The notes under the pieces: model-generated | Databases searched by the model: none | What the model was told of the DNA's origin: nothing | Seen by the model: only the letters and a program-made list of their open reading frames with translations | Shown here: positions 18,659 to 28,924 of the stretch, piece after piece | Numbering within the stretch: the first letter of the stretch is position 1 | How the letters are laid out: every line of letters starts with the position of its first letter | Made by a program: the position numbers and the translations under genes | NCBI GenBank assembly: GCA_035656575.1 | Contig: DASRSH010000295.1 | Span: 1-55,708, forward strand | Source of the DNA: Opitutaceae bacterium | Lineage (GTDB): Bacteria > Verrucomicrobiota > Verrucomicrobiia > Opitutales > Opitutaceae | Length of the DNA: 55,708 nucleotides | Reading direction: 5' to 3'

Positions 18659-21600
18659 AACGCGAAGTCATCCATCCCGCCCCCTCCGAACGCGCCCAGC
18701 GCGGCCCGCGCTATTGGCGCAGCCTCGACGAGCTGGCGGAAACGCCGGGTTTCCGGAAGCACCTGGAACGGGAGTTTCCCGAAGGGGCGTGGAACCTCGA
18801 GGGCGTGGACCGGCGCCATTTCATGAAGATCATGGCGGCCTCCTTCGCCCTGGGCGGCGCGGGGATGGCCGGCTGCCGGCGTCCGGAGAGCAATATTCTG
18901 CCCTACGGCCGCTCGGTTGAGGGGCAGATTCCCGGCCTGCCGCTGTATTATTCGACCGCGATGCCATGGCGACGCTACGCCATGCCGCTGATCGCGGAAA
19001 CCCATCAGGGCCGGCCGACCAAAGTCGAGGGCAATCCGGGTTATGCGCCGCATGGCGGCGCCTCTTCGCTGCACGCCCAGGCGTCGCTCCTGGACATGTA
19101 CGATCCCGATCGCGCCAAGGCCCACACCCAGGACGGACGGACGCTCGAGGTGGCCGAGGTGAACGCGCTGCTCGCGCGCATCGGCTCCGACCATGCGGAC
19201 GGCCAGGGGCTCGCCTTTCTCGCCGGCTTCTCGTCCTCGCCGACCCGCGCCCGGCTGGTCGAAAGCCTCAAAGCCAAGTTTCCCCACGCTGTCTGGGCGG
19301 AATACGAGGCGGTCTCGGAGGATCCTCCGGTCGAGGCGACCCAGACCGTGTTCGGCCGGCCGCTGCGGCCGATCTACCGCTTCGCCGCCGCCAAGCGCAT
19401 CGTCTCCATCGACGGCGACTTCCTCGGCACGGAGGCCGGCAAGCTCTATTATTCGCGCGAATTCGCCAAGGGCCGGCGGGTGAAGTCCAAGGACGACCCG
19501 ATGAGCCGCCTCTATATGGCGGAGAGCGGCTTCACCCTGACCGGCAGCATGGCGGACCACCGGCTGCGCGTGGCAACCAGCCACATGCTGGCCTTCGCCG
19601 CCGCGCTGGCGTCCAAGATCACGGGCGACGCGACCTTCGACCGCCTGGCCCAGGGGCTGGACCTGAATCCCCAATGGATCGAGGAGTGCGCCGCCGACCT
19701 GTCCGCCCACAAGGGCGAATGCCTCGTCGTGGCCGGCTGCCACTTGCCGGCGGCCGTGCACGCGATCGCGCACGCGATCAATGCCGCGCTGGGCAACCTG
19801 GGCAGCACCGTCGATTTCGTCGAATTGACCGAGCCGGCTCCCGCCAGTCTCGCCGATCTGGCCGGCGCCATCCGGGGCGGAAGGGTCAAGACCCTCGTCA
19901 TCCTGGGCGGCAATCCCGTTTACAACGCGCCGGCGGACCTGGATTGGGCCTCCCTGCAGAAATCGGTGCCGCAGGTCGTCCGGCTCGGTTACTATGTCGA
20001 CGAGACGTCGGCGTACGCGTCGGTCAATCTGGCCGAGGCGCATTATCTCGAGTCGTGGGGCGACGGGCGCACCTTTGACGGCACGGTGGTGCCGATCCAG
20101 CCGATGATCCTGCCCCTGTTCGGCGGACTGACCGAGATCGAGGTTTTGGCGCGGATCGCGGGGGAGGCCGATCCCGACCCGCACGCGCTCGTGCAAGCAA
20201 CCTTCGCCACTCTTCCCGGCGGCAAGGAGCCGAAGGCGTTCGAGAAGTTCCTTTACGACGGTTTCCTGGAAGGGACCGCGTATCCGACGGTGTCGCCCGA
20301 TTTCAACGGCGCCGGAATCGCCGCGCTGGCCAATGCCGCGGGAAGGTATCAGGCGCTGTCGCTGGACAGCCTCGAAGTCAGGCTGGTCGCGGACTACAAG
20401 GTCGACGACGGCCGCTTCGCCAACAACGGCTGGCTGCAGGAATGTCCCGATCCGATGACCAAGGTGTCATGGGACAACCTGATCCTGGTCAGCCCCAAGC
20501 TCGGGAAGGCGCTGGGCATCCAGAGCAAGGGATCGGTGCTGCAGGTGGCACGCGACGAGACCGAACAGATCTCGAAGGGCAACGAGGGGGCGCCGATCGG
20601 GGAGCTGACGGTCAACGGCCGTTCGGTGCGCGGGCCGATGCACATCCAGCCCGGGCTGTCGGATTTCACGGTGGTCCTGCCGCTCGGCTATGGCCGCACG
20701 GTCTCGGGGCATATCGGCACGCACGCGGGCTTCAACGCCTATGTGGTGCGCACGAGCGACGCCATGCATGTCGCCACCGGCGGAAAGCTGCGCGTGACGG
20801 GCGAGCACATGCTCGTCGCCAACGTGCAGGAGCATTGGTCGATGGAAGGCCGCGCCCTGGTGCGCGAGGCGAACCTCAGCGATTTCCAGGAGCATCCGGA
20901 TTTCGCCCAGGAGGAGAGCATGGAAGCGGAGACTCCGCCCCTGCTCACGGCCGCCCAAGCCGCAGAGCCGGTGCCGGAGCAGGTCACCAACATTCCCCGC
21001 GGCAATTCGCTCTATACGACGCCGGTGTTCAAGGACCACATCGAGCAGTGGGGGATGAACATCGACCTCAACACCTGCATCGGCTGCAACGCCTGCGTCG
21101 TCGCCTGCCAGGCCGAGAACAATATTCCGATCGTGGGCAAGGACCAGTCGATCCGCGGGCGCCAGATGCACTGGATCCGCATCGACCGCTACTTCTCCGA
21201 TGGCCATGCCTCCACGGCGGCCTTCGGCGGAGAAGGCAACCGCGAGATTCCGGAGGATCCCCAGGTGTCGCTCCAGCCGGTTGCGTGCATGCAGTGCGAA
21301 TTGGCGCCCTGCGAAATGGTCTGCCCGGTCAACGCCACCATCCACGACGACCAGGGGCTCAACGTCATGGCCTACAACCGGTGCATCGGCACCCGGTATT
21401 GCGCCAATAACTGCCCCTACAAGGTGCGCCGCTTCAATTACTTCGACTGGAACGAGCGTTCGATCGACAGCCTGTACATGGGGCCCCTCGGGCCGCACGG
21501 CATGCCCGAGCTGCTGAAAATGGCCAAGAACCCGCAGGTCACGGTCCGGATGCGCGGGGTGATGGAAAAGTGCACCTACTGCGTCCAGCGCATCGAGAAC

Positions 21601-21942
21601 GGCAAGATCAACTGGAAGGTGAAGTCGGCCCGGGAGGGCGATCCCGGCAATGTCACCGTGCCCGACGGCTACATCAAGACCGCCTGCCAGCAGGTCTGCC
21701 CCGTCGAGGCGATCGTCTTCGGCAACATCCTTGATCCGAACAGCGAGGTCTCGCAGGCCAAGGCCCGGGTGCAGGACTATGCGCTGCTGGGTTATCTCAA
21801 CACCCGGCCGCGCACCACCTACCTGGCGCGCCTGCGCAATCCCAATCCGCGCATGCCCGATTACCATGCCCTGCCGCTGAGCCGCGCCGAGCACGACGCC
21901 AAGAGCGACGCCGCCTTCCCGAAAAACAGAGGAGACAACTGA
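18655..21942 (+). CDS. actB: Alternative Complex III subunit B (molybdopterin-oxidoreductase-like domain fused to a 4Fe-4S ferredoxin domain)
   Basis: Track ORF 18346..21942 trimmed to the ATG at 18655 (ATGA overlap with actA). Twin-arginine signal [21 protein letters not shown]-terminal cluster motifs [46 protein letters not shown]. Confidence 0.9.
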   Translation: MKREVIHPAPSERAQRGPRYWRSLDELAETPGFRKHLEREFPEGAWNLEGVDRRHFMKIMAASFALGGAGMAGCRRPESNILPYGRSVEGQIPGLPLYYSTAMPWRRYAMPLIAETHQGRPTKVEGNPGYAPHGGASSLHAQASLLDMYDPDRAKAHTQDGRTLEVAEVNALLARIGSDHADGQGLAFLAGFSSSPTRARLVESLKAKFPHAVWAEYEAVSEDPPVEATQTVFGRPLRPIYRFAAAKRIVSIDGDFLGTEAGKLYYSREFAKGRRVKSKDDPMSRLYMAESGFTLTGSMADHRLRVATSHMLAFAAALASKITGDATFDRLAQGLDLNPQWIEECAADLSAHKGECLVVAGCHLPAAVHAIAHAINAALGNLGSTVDFVELTEPAPASLADLAGAIRGGRVKTLVILGGNPVYNAPADLDWASLQKSVPQVVRLGYYVDETSAYASVNLAEAHYLESWGDGRTFDGTVVPIQPMILPLFGGLTEIEVLARIAGEADPDPHALVQATFATLPGGKEPKAFEKFLYDGFLEGTAYPTVSPDFNGAGIAALANAAGRYQALSLDSLEVRLVADYKVDDGRFANNGWLQECPDPMTKVSWDNLILVSPKLGKALGIQSKGSVLQVARDETEQISKGNEGAPIGELTVNGRSVRGPMHIQPGLSDFTVVLPLGYGRTVSGHIGTHAGFNAYVVRTSDAMHVATGGKLRVTGEHMLVANVQEHWSMEGRALVREANLSDFQEHPDFAQEESMEAETPPLLTAAQAAEPVPEQVTNIPRGNSLYTTPVFKDHIEQWGMNIDLNTCIGCNACVVACQAENNIPIVGKDQSIRGRQMHWIRIDRYFSDGHASTAAFGGEGNREIPEDPQVSLQPVACMQCELAPCEMVCPVNATIHDDQGLNVMAYNRCIGTRYCANNCPYKVRRFNYFDWNERSIDSLYMGPLGPHGMPELLKMAKNPQVTVRMRGVMEKCTYCVQRIENGKINWKVKSAREGDPGNVTVPDGYIKTACQQVCPVEAIVFGNILDPNSEVSQAKARVQDYALLGYLNTRPRTTYLARLRNPNPRMPDYHALPLSRAEHDAKSDAAFPKNRGDN

Positions 21943-21944
21943 CC

Positions 21945-23411
21945 ATGGCCCACGCGACCAGCTCGGCCGCCGCCGCGCCCGCCATTCTATCCGAAGTCAA
22001 GCCGTCCGTTCTGCCCCGGCCGGCGCTGGTGGAAAACCGCCGCAGCTTCACCTGGATCAGCGACAAGATCTGCGGGATCGTCGAGGGCAAGACCCCGACG
22101 TGGTGGTGGTGGTGCTTCATCGTCGCCTGCTGCATCGCGAGCTTCACGGTCTGCGGCATCGTCTATGAGGTCGCCACGGGCATCGGCGTCTGGGGCCACC
22201 GCACGCCGATCAACTGGGGCTGGCCCATCGTCAACTTCGTCTTCTGGATCGGCATCGGCCACGCCGGCACGCTGATTTCCGCCATCCTGTGCCTGCTGCG
22301 CCAGAAGTGGCGCACGTCGATCAACCGCTCGGCCGAGGCGATGACGATCTTCGCCGTGGTGTGCGCCGGCATCTTCCCGGTGTTCCACGTCGGCCGCGTC
22401 TGGTACGCCTGGTTCCTCTTCCCGCTGCCCAACTACAACTACATCTGGCCGCAGTTCCGCTCGCCGCTGGAGTGGGACGTGTTCGCGGTCTCGACCTACG
22501 GCACGGTCTCGGTCCTGTTCTGGTACGTCGGCATGATTCCGGACCTCGCGCTGCTGCGCGACCGGTTCGCCGCGGCGGGGCGCATCCTGCGCGCCCGCCT
22601 CTACGGGCTGTTCGCCATGGGCTGGCGCGGGTCGGCCCGGGCCTGGAGCCACTACGAGATGGCCTACCTGATCCTGGCGGGCATCGCGACCCCGCTGGTG
22701 CTGTCGGTGCACACCATCGTGTCGTTCGACTTCGCGGTCTCGCTGATCCCCGGCTGGCACACGACGATCTTTCCGCCCTACTTCGTCGCCGGCGCCATCT
22801 TCTCGGGCTTCGGCATGGTCCTGACCCTGATGCTGCCGCTGCGGGCGATCTACCGGCTCGAGGACCTGATCACGCAGTACCACATCGACTGCATGTGCAA
22901 GATCACTTTGGCGACCGGTTCGATGGTCGGCTACTCCTACGCGATGGAGTTCTTCATCGCCTGGTACGGCGGCAATCCCTTCGAGGGCTTCACCTTCATC
23001 AATCGGGCCTTCGGCCCCTTCGCGTGGGCCTACTGGATCATGGTCAGCTGCAACGTGATCACGCCCCAGTTCTTCTGGTTCAAGGCCGTCCGGCGCAACA
23101 CGACGATGGTCTGGATCCTGTCCCTGTTCGTGAACCTGGGCATGTGGTTCGAGCGCTTCGTCATCATCTGCACGTCCCTGACCCGCGACTTCCTGCCCAC
23201 CAGCTGGGGCTACCTCAGCCCCACGGTGGTCGACATCTTCACCTTCTTCGGCACCTTCGGCGTCTTCTCCGTCCTGTTCCTGCTCTTCATCCGCTTCCTG
23301 CCTCTGATGGCGATCGCCGAGATCAAGGCCGTGACGCCGGCCGCCGACCCCCACGCCGGGCCGCCGCCGCACGGCGGCGTCGACCCGATCGATCTCGCGC
23401 ATCACCACTGA
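21945..23411 (+). CDS. actC: Alternative Complex III membrane subunit C (NrfD/PsrC-like quinol-interacting)
   Basis: 488-aa polytopic membrane protein. ...[25 protein letters not shown]... and ...[23 protein letters not shown]... are typical NrfD-family/ActC motifs. Starts 2 nt after the actB stop. Confidence 0.85.
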   Translation: MAHATSSAAAAPAILSEVKPSVLPRPALVENRRSFTWISDKICGIVEGKTPTWWWWCFIVACCIASFTVCGIVYEVATGIGVWGHRTPINWGWPIVNFVFWIGIGHAGTLISAILCLLRQKWRTSINRSAEAMTIFAVVCAGIFPVFHVGRVWYAWFLFPLPNYNYIWPQFRSPLEWDVFAVSTYGTVSVLFWYVGMIPDLALLRDRFAAAGRILRARLYGLFAMGWRGSARAWSHYEMAYLILAGIATPLVLSVHTIVSFDFAVSLIPGWHTTIFPPYFVAGAIFSGFGMVLTLMLPLRAIYRLEDLITQYHIDCMCKITLATGSMVGYSYAMEFFIAWYGGNPFEGFTFINRAFGPFAWAYWIMVSCNVITPQFFWFKAVRRNTTMVWILSLFVNLGMWFERFVIICTSLTRDFLPTSWGYLSPTVVDIFTFFGTFGVFSVLFLLFIRFLPLMAIAEIKAVTPAADPHAGPPPHGGVDPIDLAHHH

Positions 23412-23417
23412 TCCGCC

Positions 23418-23951
23418 ATGGCCGAACCTACCTACGGACTGATTGCCGCGTTCGACACGCCCGCCGCCCTCTACCACGCGGCGGAGCAGGTGCGCGACGC
23501 CGGCTACCACCAATGGGACTGCATCACGCCCTTTCCCGTCCACGGGCTGGACGGCGCCATGGGCGTCAAGCGGTCCTACGTGCCGCGCATTTCGCTTTGC
23601 GGGGGCATCACCGGTTTCTGCACCGGCATGCTCATGATCTGGTTCATGAACGGGTTCGATTATCGGCTGACGGTGGGCGGCAAGCCGTTCTTCAGCCCGC
23701 TGTTCGCGTTCCCCATCTCCTACGAGCTGACGATCCTGTTCACGGCCTTCGCCACCATCGGGGGCATGTTCGTCGTCAACGGGCTGACCAAGCTCTACCA
23801 TCCGGTGCTGAAGTACGACCAGATCGCGCGCGCGATGTCGGATCGCTTCTATATCGTGATCGAGGCGCGGGACGGACGCTTCACCGCCGCCGACACGCGC
23901 GCCTTCCTCGAGCGGATCGGCGGCAAGGACATCGCCGAATTGGAAGACTAA
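23418..23951 (+). CDS. actD: Alternative Complex III subunit D (DUF3341-type membrane protein)
   Basis: YGLIAAFDTPAALYHAAEQVRDAGY..WDCITPFPVHGLD plus two TM helices; canonical ActD position. Confidence 0.8.
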   Translation: MAEPTYGLIAAFDTPAALYHAAEQVRDAGYHQWDCITPFPVHGLDGAMGVKRSYVPRISLCGGITGFCTGMLMIWFMNGFDYRLTVGGKPFFSPLFAFPISYELTILFTAFATIGGMFVVNGLTKLYHPVLKYDQIARAMSDRFYIVIEARDGRFTAADTRAFLERIGGKDIAELED

Positions 23952-23955
23952 GCCG

Positions 23956-24618
23956 ATGCGCACCCTTTACCTGACGACTTTCCTGACCGCGCTGCTCCTG
24001 GTCTCCCTGCTCGGATTCCGCGGCGCCAAGTTCACCCATCCGCCGGCCGACGTGTTTCCCGAATGGCTGTTCCCGGGAATGAAGCGCCAGCCCAAGTACA
24101 AGCCGATGGGAACAAGCGCCTTCTTCGCGGACGGCCGCGCCGACCGCATGCCCGTGCCCGGGACGGTGCCCAATGACTACGGTCCCGTCGGCCAGCCCTT
24201 CCGCGGCGACGATCATCTTTACCTGGGCAAGAATCCGGACGGCTCCTGGGCCAAGGGCTTCCCGGACTCGATCAAGGTCGACATGAAGCTGATGGAGCGC
24301 GGACGCGACCGCTTCCAGATCTATTGCGCGCCCTGCCACGGCCTGGTGGGCGACGGCAACGGCGTGACCAAGCGTTACGGCATGGGCGCCACCCCCAGCT
24401 ATCACGATGACCGGCTGCGCGGCGTCCCCGACGGCTACATCTTCGACATCATCACCCACGGCAAGCAGCCGGCGAACAACATGCCCCCCTATGCCGACAA
24501 GCTCACGCCCGAGGACCGCTGGGCGGTGGTGGCTTATGTCCGCGCCCTGCAGCGCGCCTCGCACGCCTCGATCGCCGACGTGCCGGCCGATGAGCGGGCG
24601 CAACTAGGCCTCAAATGA
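23956..24618 (+). CDS. actE: Alternative Complex III monohaem cytochrome c subunit
   Basis: Signal/anchor helix, a single CAPCH motif and a distal Met context (NNMPPY); canonical ActE position. Confidence 0.8.
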   Translation: MRTLYLTTFLTALLLVSLLGFRGAKFTHPPADVFPEWLFPGMKRQPKYKPMGTSAFFADGRADRMPVPGTVPNDYGPVGQPFRGDDHLYLGKNPDGSWAKGFPDSIKVDMKLMERGRDRFQIYCAPCHGLVGDGNGVTKRYGMGATPSYHDDRLRGVPDGYIFDIITHGKQPANNMPPYADKLTPEDRWAVVAYVRALQRASHASIADVPADERAQLGLK

Positions 24619-25886
24619 GCAATCCCGCCATACCCGCTCCCAGCGCCGCCCTGTCGGCGACGCCCTCCGCCACCGCCGCGGCGGCGAACCGGGCCCTGCT
24701 CATCGGGCTGGGAGGCATCCTCGTCACCTGGCTGGGCGCCTTCGTCTCGGGCCCCCGCGTCGTGGGCACCGCCTGGCTGGTGGGAGAGGGCTTCTGGACC
24801 GCAGCCGCCATCGGCTTTCTGATGCTGACCATGCTGCTGCACATCTTCGACGCGATGTGGGGCACTGTGCTGCGCCGTCAGCTCGAGCACGGCCTGGTCG
24901 CGTTCAAGTGGCTCGCCCTGCTGTTCGTGCCGATGCTCCTGGTCGCGGTGTTCCGGCCGCACAATCCGGTCTGGGTCTGGATGGACCTCAGCCACCGGAT
25001 GGTCGCGGAGCACACCACCGTGGGGAACGACATCATCTATTGGCGCAAGTCGAGCCTGCTGAATTTCCGCGCCTTCGTCATCTTCACCGCCGTCCTGTTC
25101 GTCTTCTGGATCTGGGTCGCGTCCCGGCTGCGGCGCGCGTCGATCGCGCAGGACTCGGACGGAGATCCGAAGTGGACGGTCAAGAATCGGTTCACCTCCG
25201 GGTTCGGCCTTCCCTTGGGCGGCCTGGCGCTGACGGCCGCCGCCATCCTCTGGTTCAAGAGCCTGGAATACCACTGGTTCTCGACCATGTACGGGGTGTG
25301 GTACTTCGCCGACTGCATGCGCTGCGCGCTCTCCTTTGGCGTGCTGATCATGTTCTGGCTGTGGCACCGCGGCGATTACCAGGGCGTCCTCAATCGCAAC
25401 CACTGGCACAGCATCGGCCAGCTCATGCTCGCCTTCACCGTCTTCTGGGGGTACATCTGCTTCAGCCAGTACTTCCTGACCTGGAACGCGAACGTGCCGG
25501 AGGAGACCTTCTGGTTCAACGAACGCGAATTCGGGGACTGGTACGCGATCGGCATGGTGCTGGTATTCGGCAATTTTCTCCTGCCGTTCCTCCTGCTGCT
25601 CTCGTATCGCTTCAAGATCACCAAGCACATCATCCGGCGGATCGCGATCTGGATATTGCTCACCACCTTCATCGACCTGTGCTGGAACATCCTGCCGGCG
25701 CTGAAGGACGCCAACGGCAACGCCCGGCCGTTCCTTTCGCTCACGCTCGTCTGGGCCATCACTTCGACGATCGGCATCGGCGGCATCTGCATCTGGGCCT
25801 ACCTGCGCGCCCTGCCCGCCACCAAGCTGATTCCCATCCGCGACCCGCGCATCACCGAGACCCTCACATTCCACGAAGATGAGTGA
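24615..25886 (+). CDS. actF: Alternative Complex III membrane subunit F (second NrfD-like subunit)
   Basis: 423-aa polytopic membrane protein directly after actE (ATGA overlap); position and topology match ActF. Confidence 0.75.
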   Translation: MSNPAIPAPSAALSATPSATAAAANRALLIGLGGILVTWLGAFVSGPRVVGTAWLVGEGFWTAAAIGFLMLTMLLHIFDAMWGTVLRRQLEHGLVAFKWLALLFVPMLLVAVFRPHNPVWVWMDLSHRMVAEHTTVGNDIIYWRKSSLLNFRAFVIFTAVLFVFWIWVASRLRRASIAQDSDGDPKWTVKNRFTSGFGLPLGGLALTAAAILWFKSLEYHWFSTMYGVWYFADCMRCALSFGVLIMFWLWHRGDYQGVLNRNHWHSIGQLMLAFTVFWGYICFSQYFLTWNANVPEETFWFNEREFGDWYAIGMVLVFGNFLLPFLLLLSYRFKITKHIIRRIAIWILLTTFIDLCWNILPALKDANGNARPFLSLTLVWAITSTIGIGGICIWAYLRALPATKLIPIRDPRITETLTFHEDE

Positions 25887-26223
25887 CCCCGCGTTTTCCT
25901 CCCCACGCCCGGTCGGGTTGGTGACCATCCTGGCCATCTTCGTCTGCCTGGGACTGTTCTGGCTGGTTCTGCGCTACTCCTACCAGCGCCGCCATCATCC
26001 CGAGCCGTACAACATCCCGGCGCAGAACGAGGCCAAGGAAGACCTGTGGCAGGCGACGCCGGCGGCCCGCCTGGAGTACCTGCACGAGCTTCGCGCCAAG
26101 CACGAGGCGCAGCTCCGCTCCTACGGCTGGGTCGACCGCAAAAATCAGATTGTCCAGATCCCGATCACGCGCGCGATGCAGCTCGTGGTGCAGGATTATG
26201 CCCGCCAATCCTCTTCGCAATGA
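25879..26223 (+). CDS. Single-pass membrane protein (114 aa), unknown; sits where ActG or an accessory subunit would be
   Basis: One N-terminal TM helix (LVTILAIFVCLGLFWLVL) followed by a charged soluble tail. Overlaps actF by 8 nt and the next gene by ATGA, so it is translationally embedded in the operon. Confidence 0.55.
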   Translation: MSDPAFSSPRPVGLVTILAIFVCLGLFWLVLRYSYQRRHHPEPYNIPAQNEAKEDLWQATPAARLEYLHELRAKHEAQLRSYGWVDRKNQIVQIPITRAMQLVVQDYARQSSSQ

Positions 26224-27620
26224 CGCTCGCTTCGACGCCCACCGCCGAAACGCCGGCTGCTCCCGCTGAAGTCACCGTGGTGGAAACCGCGGGACGGGTG
26301 CCGCTGCTGCTCCTGGCCGGCTCCGCCATCGCCTGGCTGCTGGTGAGCGGCATCCTGGCGCTGGCCTCCAGCATCCAGCTCGTGCATCCGGATTTCCTCA
26401 GCGGGTGGTCCTTCCTTTCCTATGGCCGGCTCACGGCTCTGGCGGAAACCGCCTTCATCTACGGTTGGGTCGGCAACGCCGGGCTGACCGTCGCGCTGTG
26501 GATGCTGGGGCGGCTCAGCGGCGAGCCGCTGCGGGCGCCCAACTGGCTCCTGGCCGGGGCCTCCTTCTGGAATTTCAGCCTGCTGCTGGCCCTGATCGGC
26601 ATCGCGATCGGCTACGGCACCGCGGTTCCGTTCTTCGAACTGCCGACCGTGACGATTCCGATCCTTTTCCTGTCCTATGCCGCGATGGCCATTCCGGGCG
26701 TGCTGGCCTGGGTGGGCCGGCGCCGCGATCTGATGTTCGCGTCCCAATGGTACGCCGTGGCCGCCCTCTTCCTGTTTCCGTGGATCCTGGCTGTGGGCTA
26801 CTTCATGCTGGACAAGATTCCCGTCCAAGGCGCCGTGCAGGCGGTGGTGGGCGGCTGGTACGCGCAGGCCCTGTGGACCGTCTGGATGGCGCCGCTCGCC
26901 CTGGCCGGGGCCTATTACGTTGTTCCGCGCGTCACCGGCAAACTGCTGCCGGCCTACGATTCGGCGGTCCTGGGTTTTTGGGTTCTGGTGGTCGTCGGCG
27001 GCTTCACGGGCGGCCGCCACTTGATCGGCGGCCCGCTCCCGGCATGGGTCGCGAGCGTCGCCATCGTGACGACGTTCCTCCTGCTGGTTCATTACGTGGT
27101 GGTGCTGCTCAACCTTCGGGTGGCCTGGGGCGGCGGCGGCACGGCGCTCAAGTTCATCGGCCTCGGGCTGTTCTGCTACGTGCTCGGCGGCTTCGCCGAC
27201 GCGGTGACGTCGGTCCGGGGCGTGGCCGTGAGCACGCAATTCACCTTCTTTGACGTGGCGCAAACCCAGCTGGCCCTGTACGGCGGGGTGACCCTGATGC
27301 TGCTGGGCGCGCTGTACTTCGCGCTGGCCCGCATCCTCGGACGGCCGTGGTGCTCGGCGGGGCTCATCCGCGCGCATTGGGCCCTGACCGTTCTCGGGCT
27401 GGCCGCCGTGGTCATCTGCCTGGCCGTCGCCGGACTCCGCCAGGGGGCGGACCTGAATAACGCGCAGGTCTCGTTCGCCGCGATCGCGGACGATACCCGC
27501 CCCTGGCTGGTGGGCGCGGTCGCGGGCGCGGCGGCCCTGCTCCTGGGCAACATCCTTTGGGCGCTCAACCTGGCCGGCACCGCAGCCGCCATGGTGCGCG
27601 AGGAGCTGTTCGCGTCATGA
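26220..27620 (+). CDS. CcoN-like (cbb3-type haem-copper oxidase subunit I fold) membrane protein lacking most canonical haem/Cu histidine ligands
   Basis: Track ORF 26046..27620 trimmed to the ATG at 26220. 466 aa, about 12 TM helices. Blocks SYGRLTALAETAFIYGW, GGWYAQALWTVW....GAYYVVPR and GFTGGRHLIGGPLP parallel the CcoN blocks SFGRLRPLHTNAVIF, WWYGHNAVGF....MYYFVPK and AGPHHLHYTALP. Only 4 His in the whole protein. Confidence 0.75.
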   Translation: MTLASTPTAETPAAPAEVTVVETAGRVPLLLLAGSAIAWLLVSGILALASSIQLVHPDFLSGWSFLSYGRLTALAETAFIYGWVGNAGLTVALWMLGRLSGEPLRAPNWLLAGASFWNFSLLLALIGIAIGYGTAVPFFELPTVTIPILFLSYAAMAIPGVLAWVGRRRDLMFASQWYAVAALFLFPWILAVGYFMLDKIPVQGAVQAVVGGWYAQALWTVWMAPLALAGAYYVVPRVTGKLLPAYDSAVLGFWVLVVVGGFTGGRHLIGGPLPAWVASVAIVTTFLLLVHYVVVLLNLRVAWGGGGTALKFIGLGLFCYVLGGFADAVTSVRGVAVSTQFTFFDVAQTQLALYGGVTLMLLGALYFALARILGRPWCSAGLIRAHWALTVLGLAAVVICLAVAGLRQGADLNNAQVSFAAIADDTRPWLVGAVAGAAALLLGNILWALNLAGTAAAMVREELFAS

Positions 27621-28255
27621 AAAACGGACTGATGCTTTTTCTCGGCCTGCTGGCCGCGATGCTCATTCCCTGGTCCGCGATCGTCCTCGGGGCGAACCAC
27701 GAACTGGGCCGGCAGCCGGCGTATTACGACGACAACGACAGCCAGGCGTATCCGCTGCGTCCCTCGGGTATCGCCGCCGAAGGCGAGCAGGTGTACCGCG
27801 GGCTGAATTGCGCCGCGTGCCACACCCAGCAGGTGCGGCGCGACGGCTACGGCTCGGACGTGGCGCGCGGGTGGGGCGACCGGCAGAGCGTGGCGCGCGA
27901 CTATATCTTCCGCGCCAACCCCGAACTCGGCGCGCTGCGCATCGGGCCCGACCTGGCCAACCTGGCCGGCCGCAAGCCGACGGCGCCCGACATCGACGAT
28001 CTCTACACCCTGCTTTACGAAGGCCAGGGCGCGATGCCGCCCTACCGCTTCCTGTTCCAGTACCGCAAGATCATCGGCCAGCGCTCGGACGATGCCCTGC
28101 AGCTGGTTGGACGCTATGAGCCCCGGCCGGGCTACGAGGTCGTGCCCACCCGCGCGGCCCAGCGCCTGGCGGGCTATTTGCTCAGCTTGAATTCGACGTA
28201 CACGTATCCGGAAGCGCGCGCCGCCGCGCCGGCTGCCGGGGAGGGCAGGAAATGA
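27617..28255 (+). CDS. CcoO/FixO-like monohaem cytochrome c (cbb3 subunit II homologue)
   Basis: Track ORF 27557..28255 trimmed to the ATG at 27617 (ATGA overlap). N-terminal TM anchor; GEQVYRGLNCAACHTQQVRR...RIGPDLANLAGR...GAMPPYRFLF parallels CcoO (CxxCHSQMIRP...RTGPDLARVGGR...MPSYPWL). Confidence 0.8.
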   Translation: MKNGLMLFLGLLAAMLIPWSAIVLGANHELGRQPAYYDDNDSQAYPLRPSGIAAEGEQVYRGLNCAACHTQQVRRDGYGSDVARGWGDRQSVARDYIFRANPELGALRIGPDLANLAGRKPTAPDIDDLYTLLYEGQGAMPPYRFLFQYRKIIGQRSDDALQLVGRYEPRPGYEVVPTRAAQRLAGYLLSLNSTYTYPEARAAAPAAGEGRK

Positions 28256-28911
28256 GCGTTTCGCCATCCGATCCGCGCTACGACCGGGCTGCCGCCAGCG
28301 ACGACGCGCTGCTCAACGCCCACGAGGCGGCGCTGGCCCCCCAGGGGGACGATCATGCCCATTACCCGCTGCGCCCGCTCGTGCTGCTGTTCGTGACCAG
28401 CGGATTCATCCTCTTCGCCGCGACCTACCTGAATCGCTACGCCGGCCAGTACGACCCGACGGTGTTCAACGAGGACACGCTGCCCAATCATGCGGCGGTC
28501 AGTGCCCCCGCCGCCGACCCGGTGACCTTGGGCAAGCGCCTGTTCAATTCGTCCGGCGCCTGCTTCACCTGCCACCAGCCGACGGGGCAGGGCATTCCCG
28601 GCGTTTATCCGCCGCTGGCGGGATCCGAATGGGCCCAGGGTTCGCCCGACCGTGTCATCCGCATCCTGCTGGCCGGGCTGACCGGCCCGGTCACCGTCGA
28701 AGGCAAGACCTTCAATGCCGCCCAGATGCCCTCCTTCGGTCCCAGCGGATTCAATTGGAGCGACGAGAAGATTTCGCAGGTCCTGACCTACGTCCGCCAG
28801 GAATGGGGCAACAAGGCCCCCCCGATCACGCCCGCCCAAGTGGCCGCGATCCGCGCCACGATCGGCGACCACCCGGCGTGGACGTCGGCGGAGCTGCTGC
28901 AAATCAAGTAA
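28252..28911 (+). CDS. Membrane-anchored class I monohaem cytochrome c
   Basis: TM helix (LVLLFVTSGFILFAATYL), a single CFTCH motif and a Met-ligand context (AAQMPSFG). ATGA overlap with the CcoO-like gene. Last gene of the operon. Confidence 0.8.
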   Translation: MSVSPSDPRYDRAAASDDALLNAHEAALAPQGDDHAHYPLRPLVLLFVTSGFILFAATYLNRYAGQYDPTVFNEDTLPNHAAVSAPAADPVTLGKRLFNSSGACFTCHQPTGQGIPGVYPPLAGSEWAQGSPDRVIRILLAGLTGPVTVEGKTFNAAQMPSFGPSGFNWSDEKISQVLTYVRQEWGNKAPPITPAQVAAIRATIGDHPAWTSAELLQIK

Positions 28912-28924
28912 GGCCGCGCCCCCC

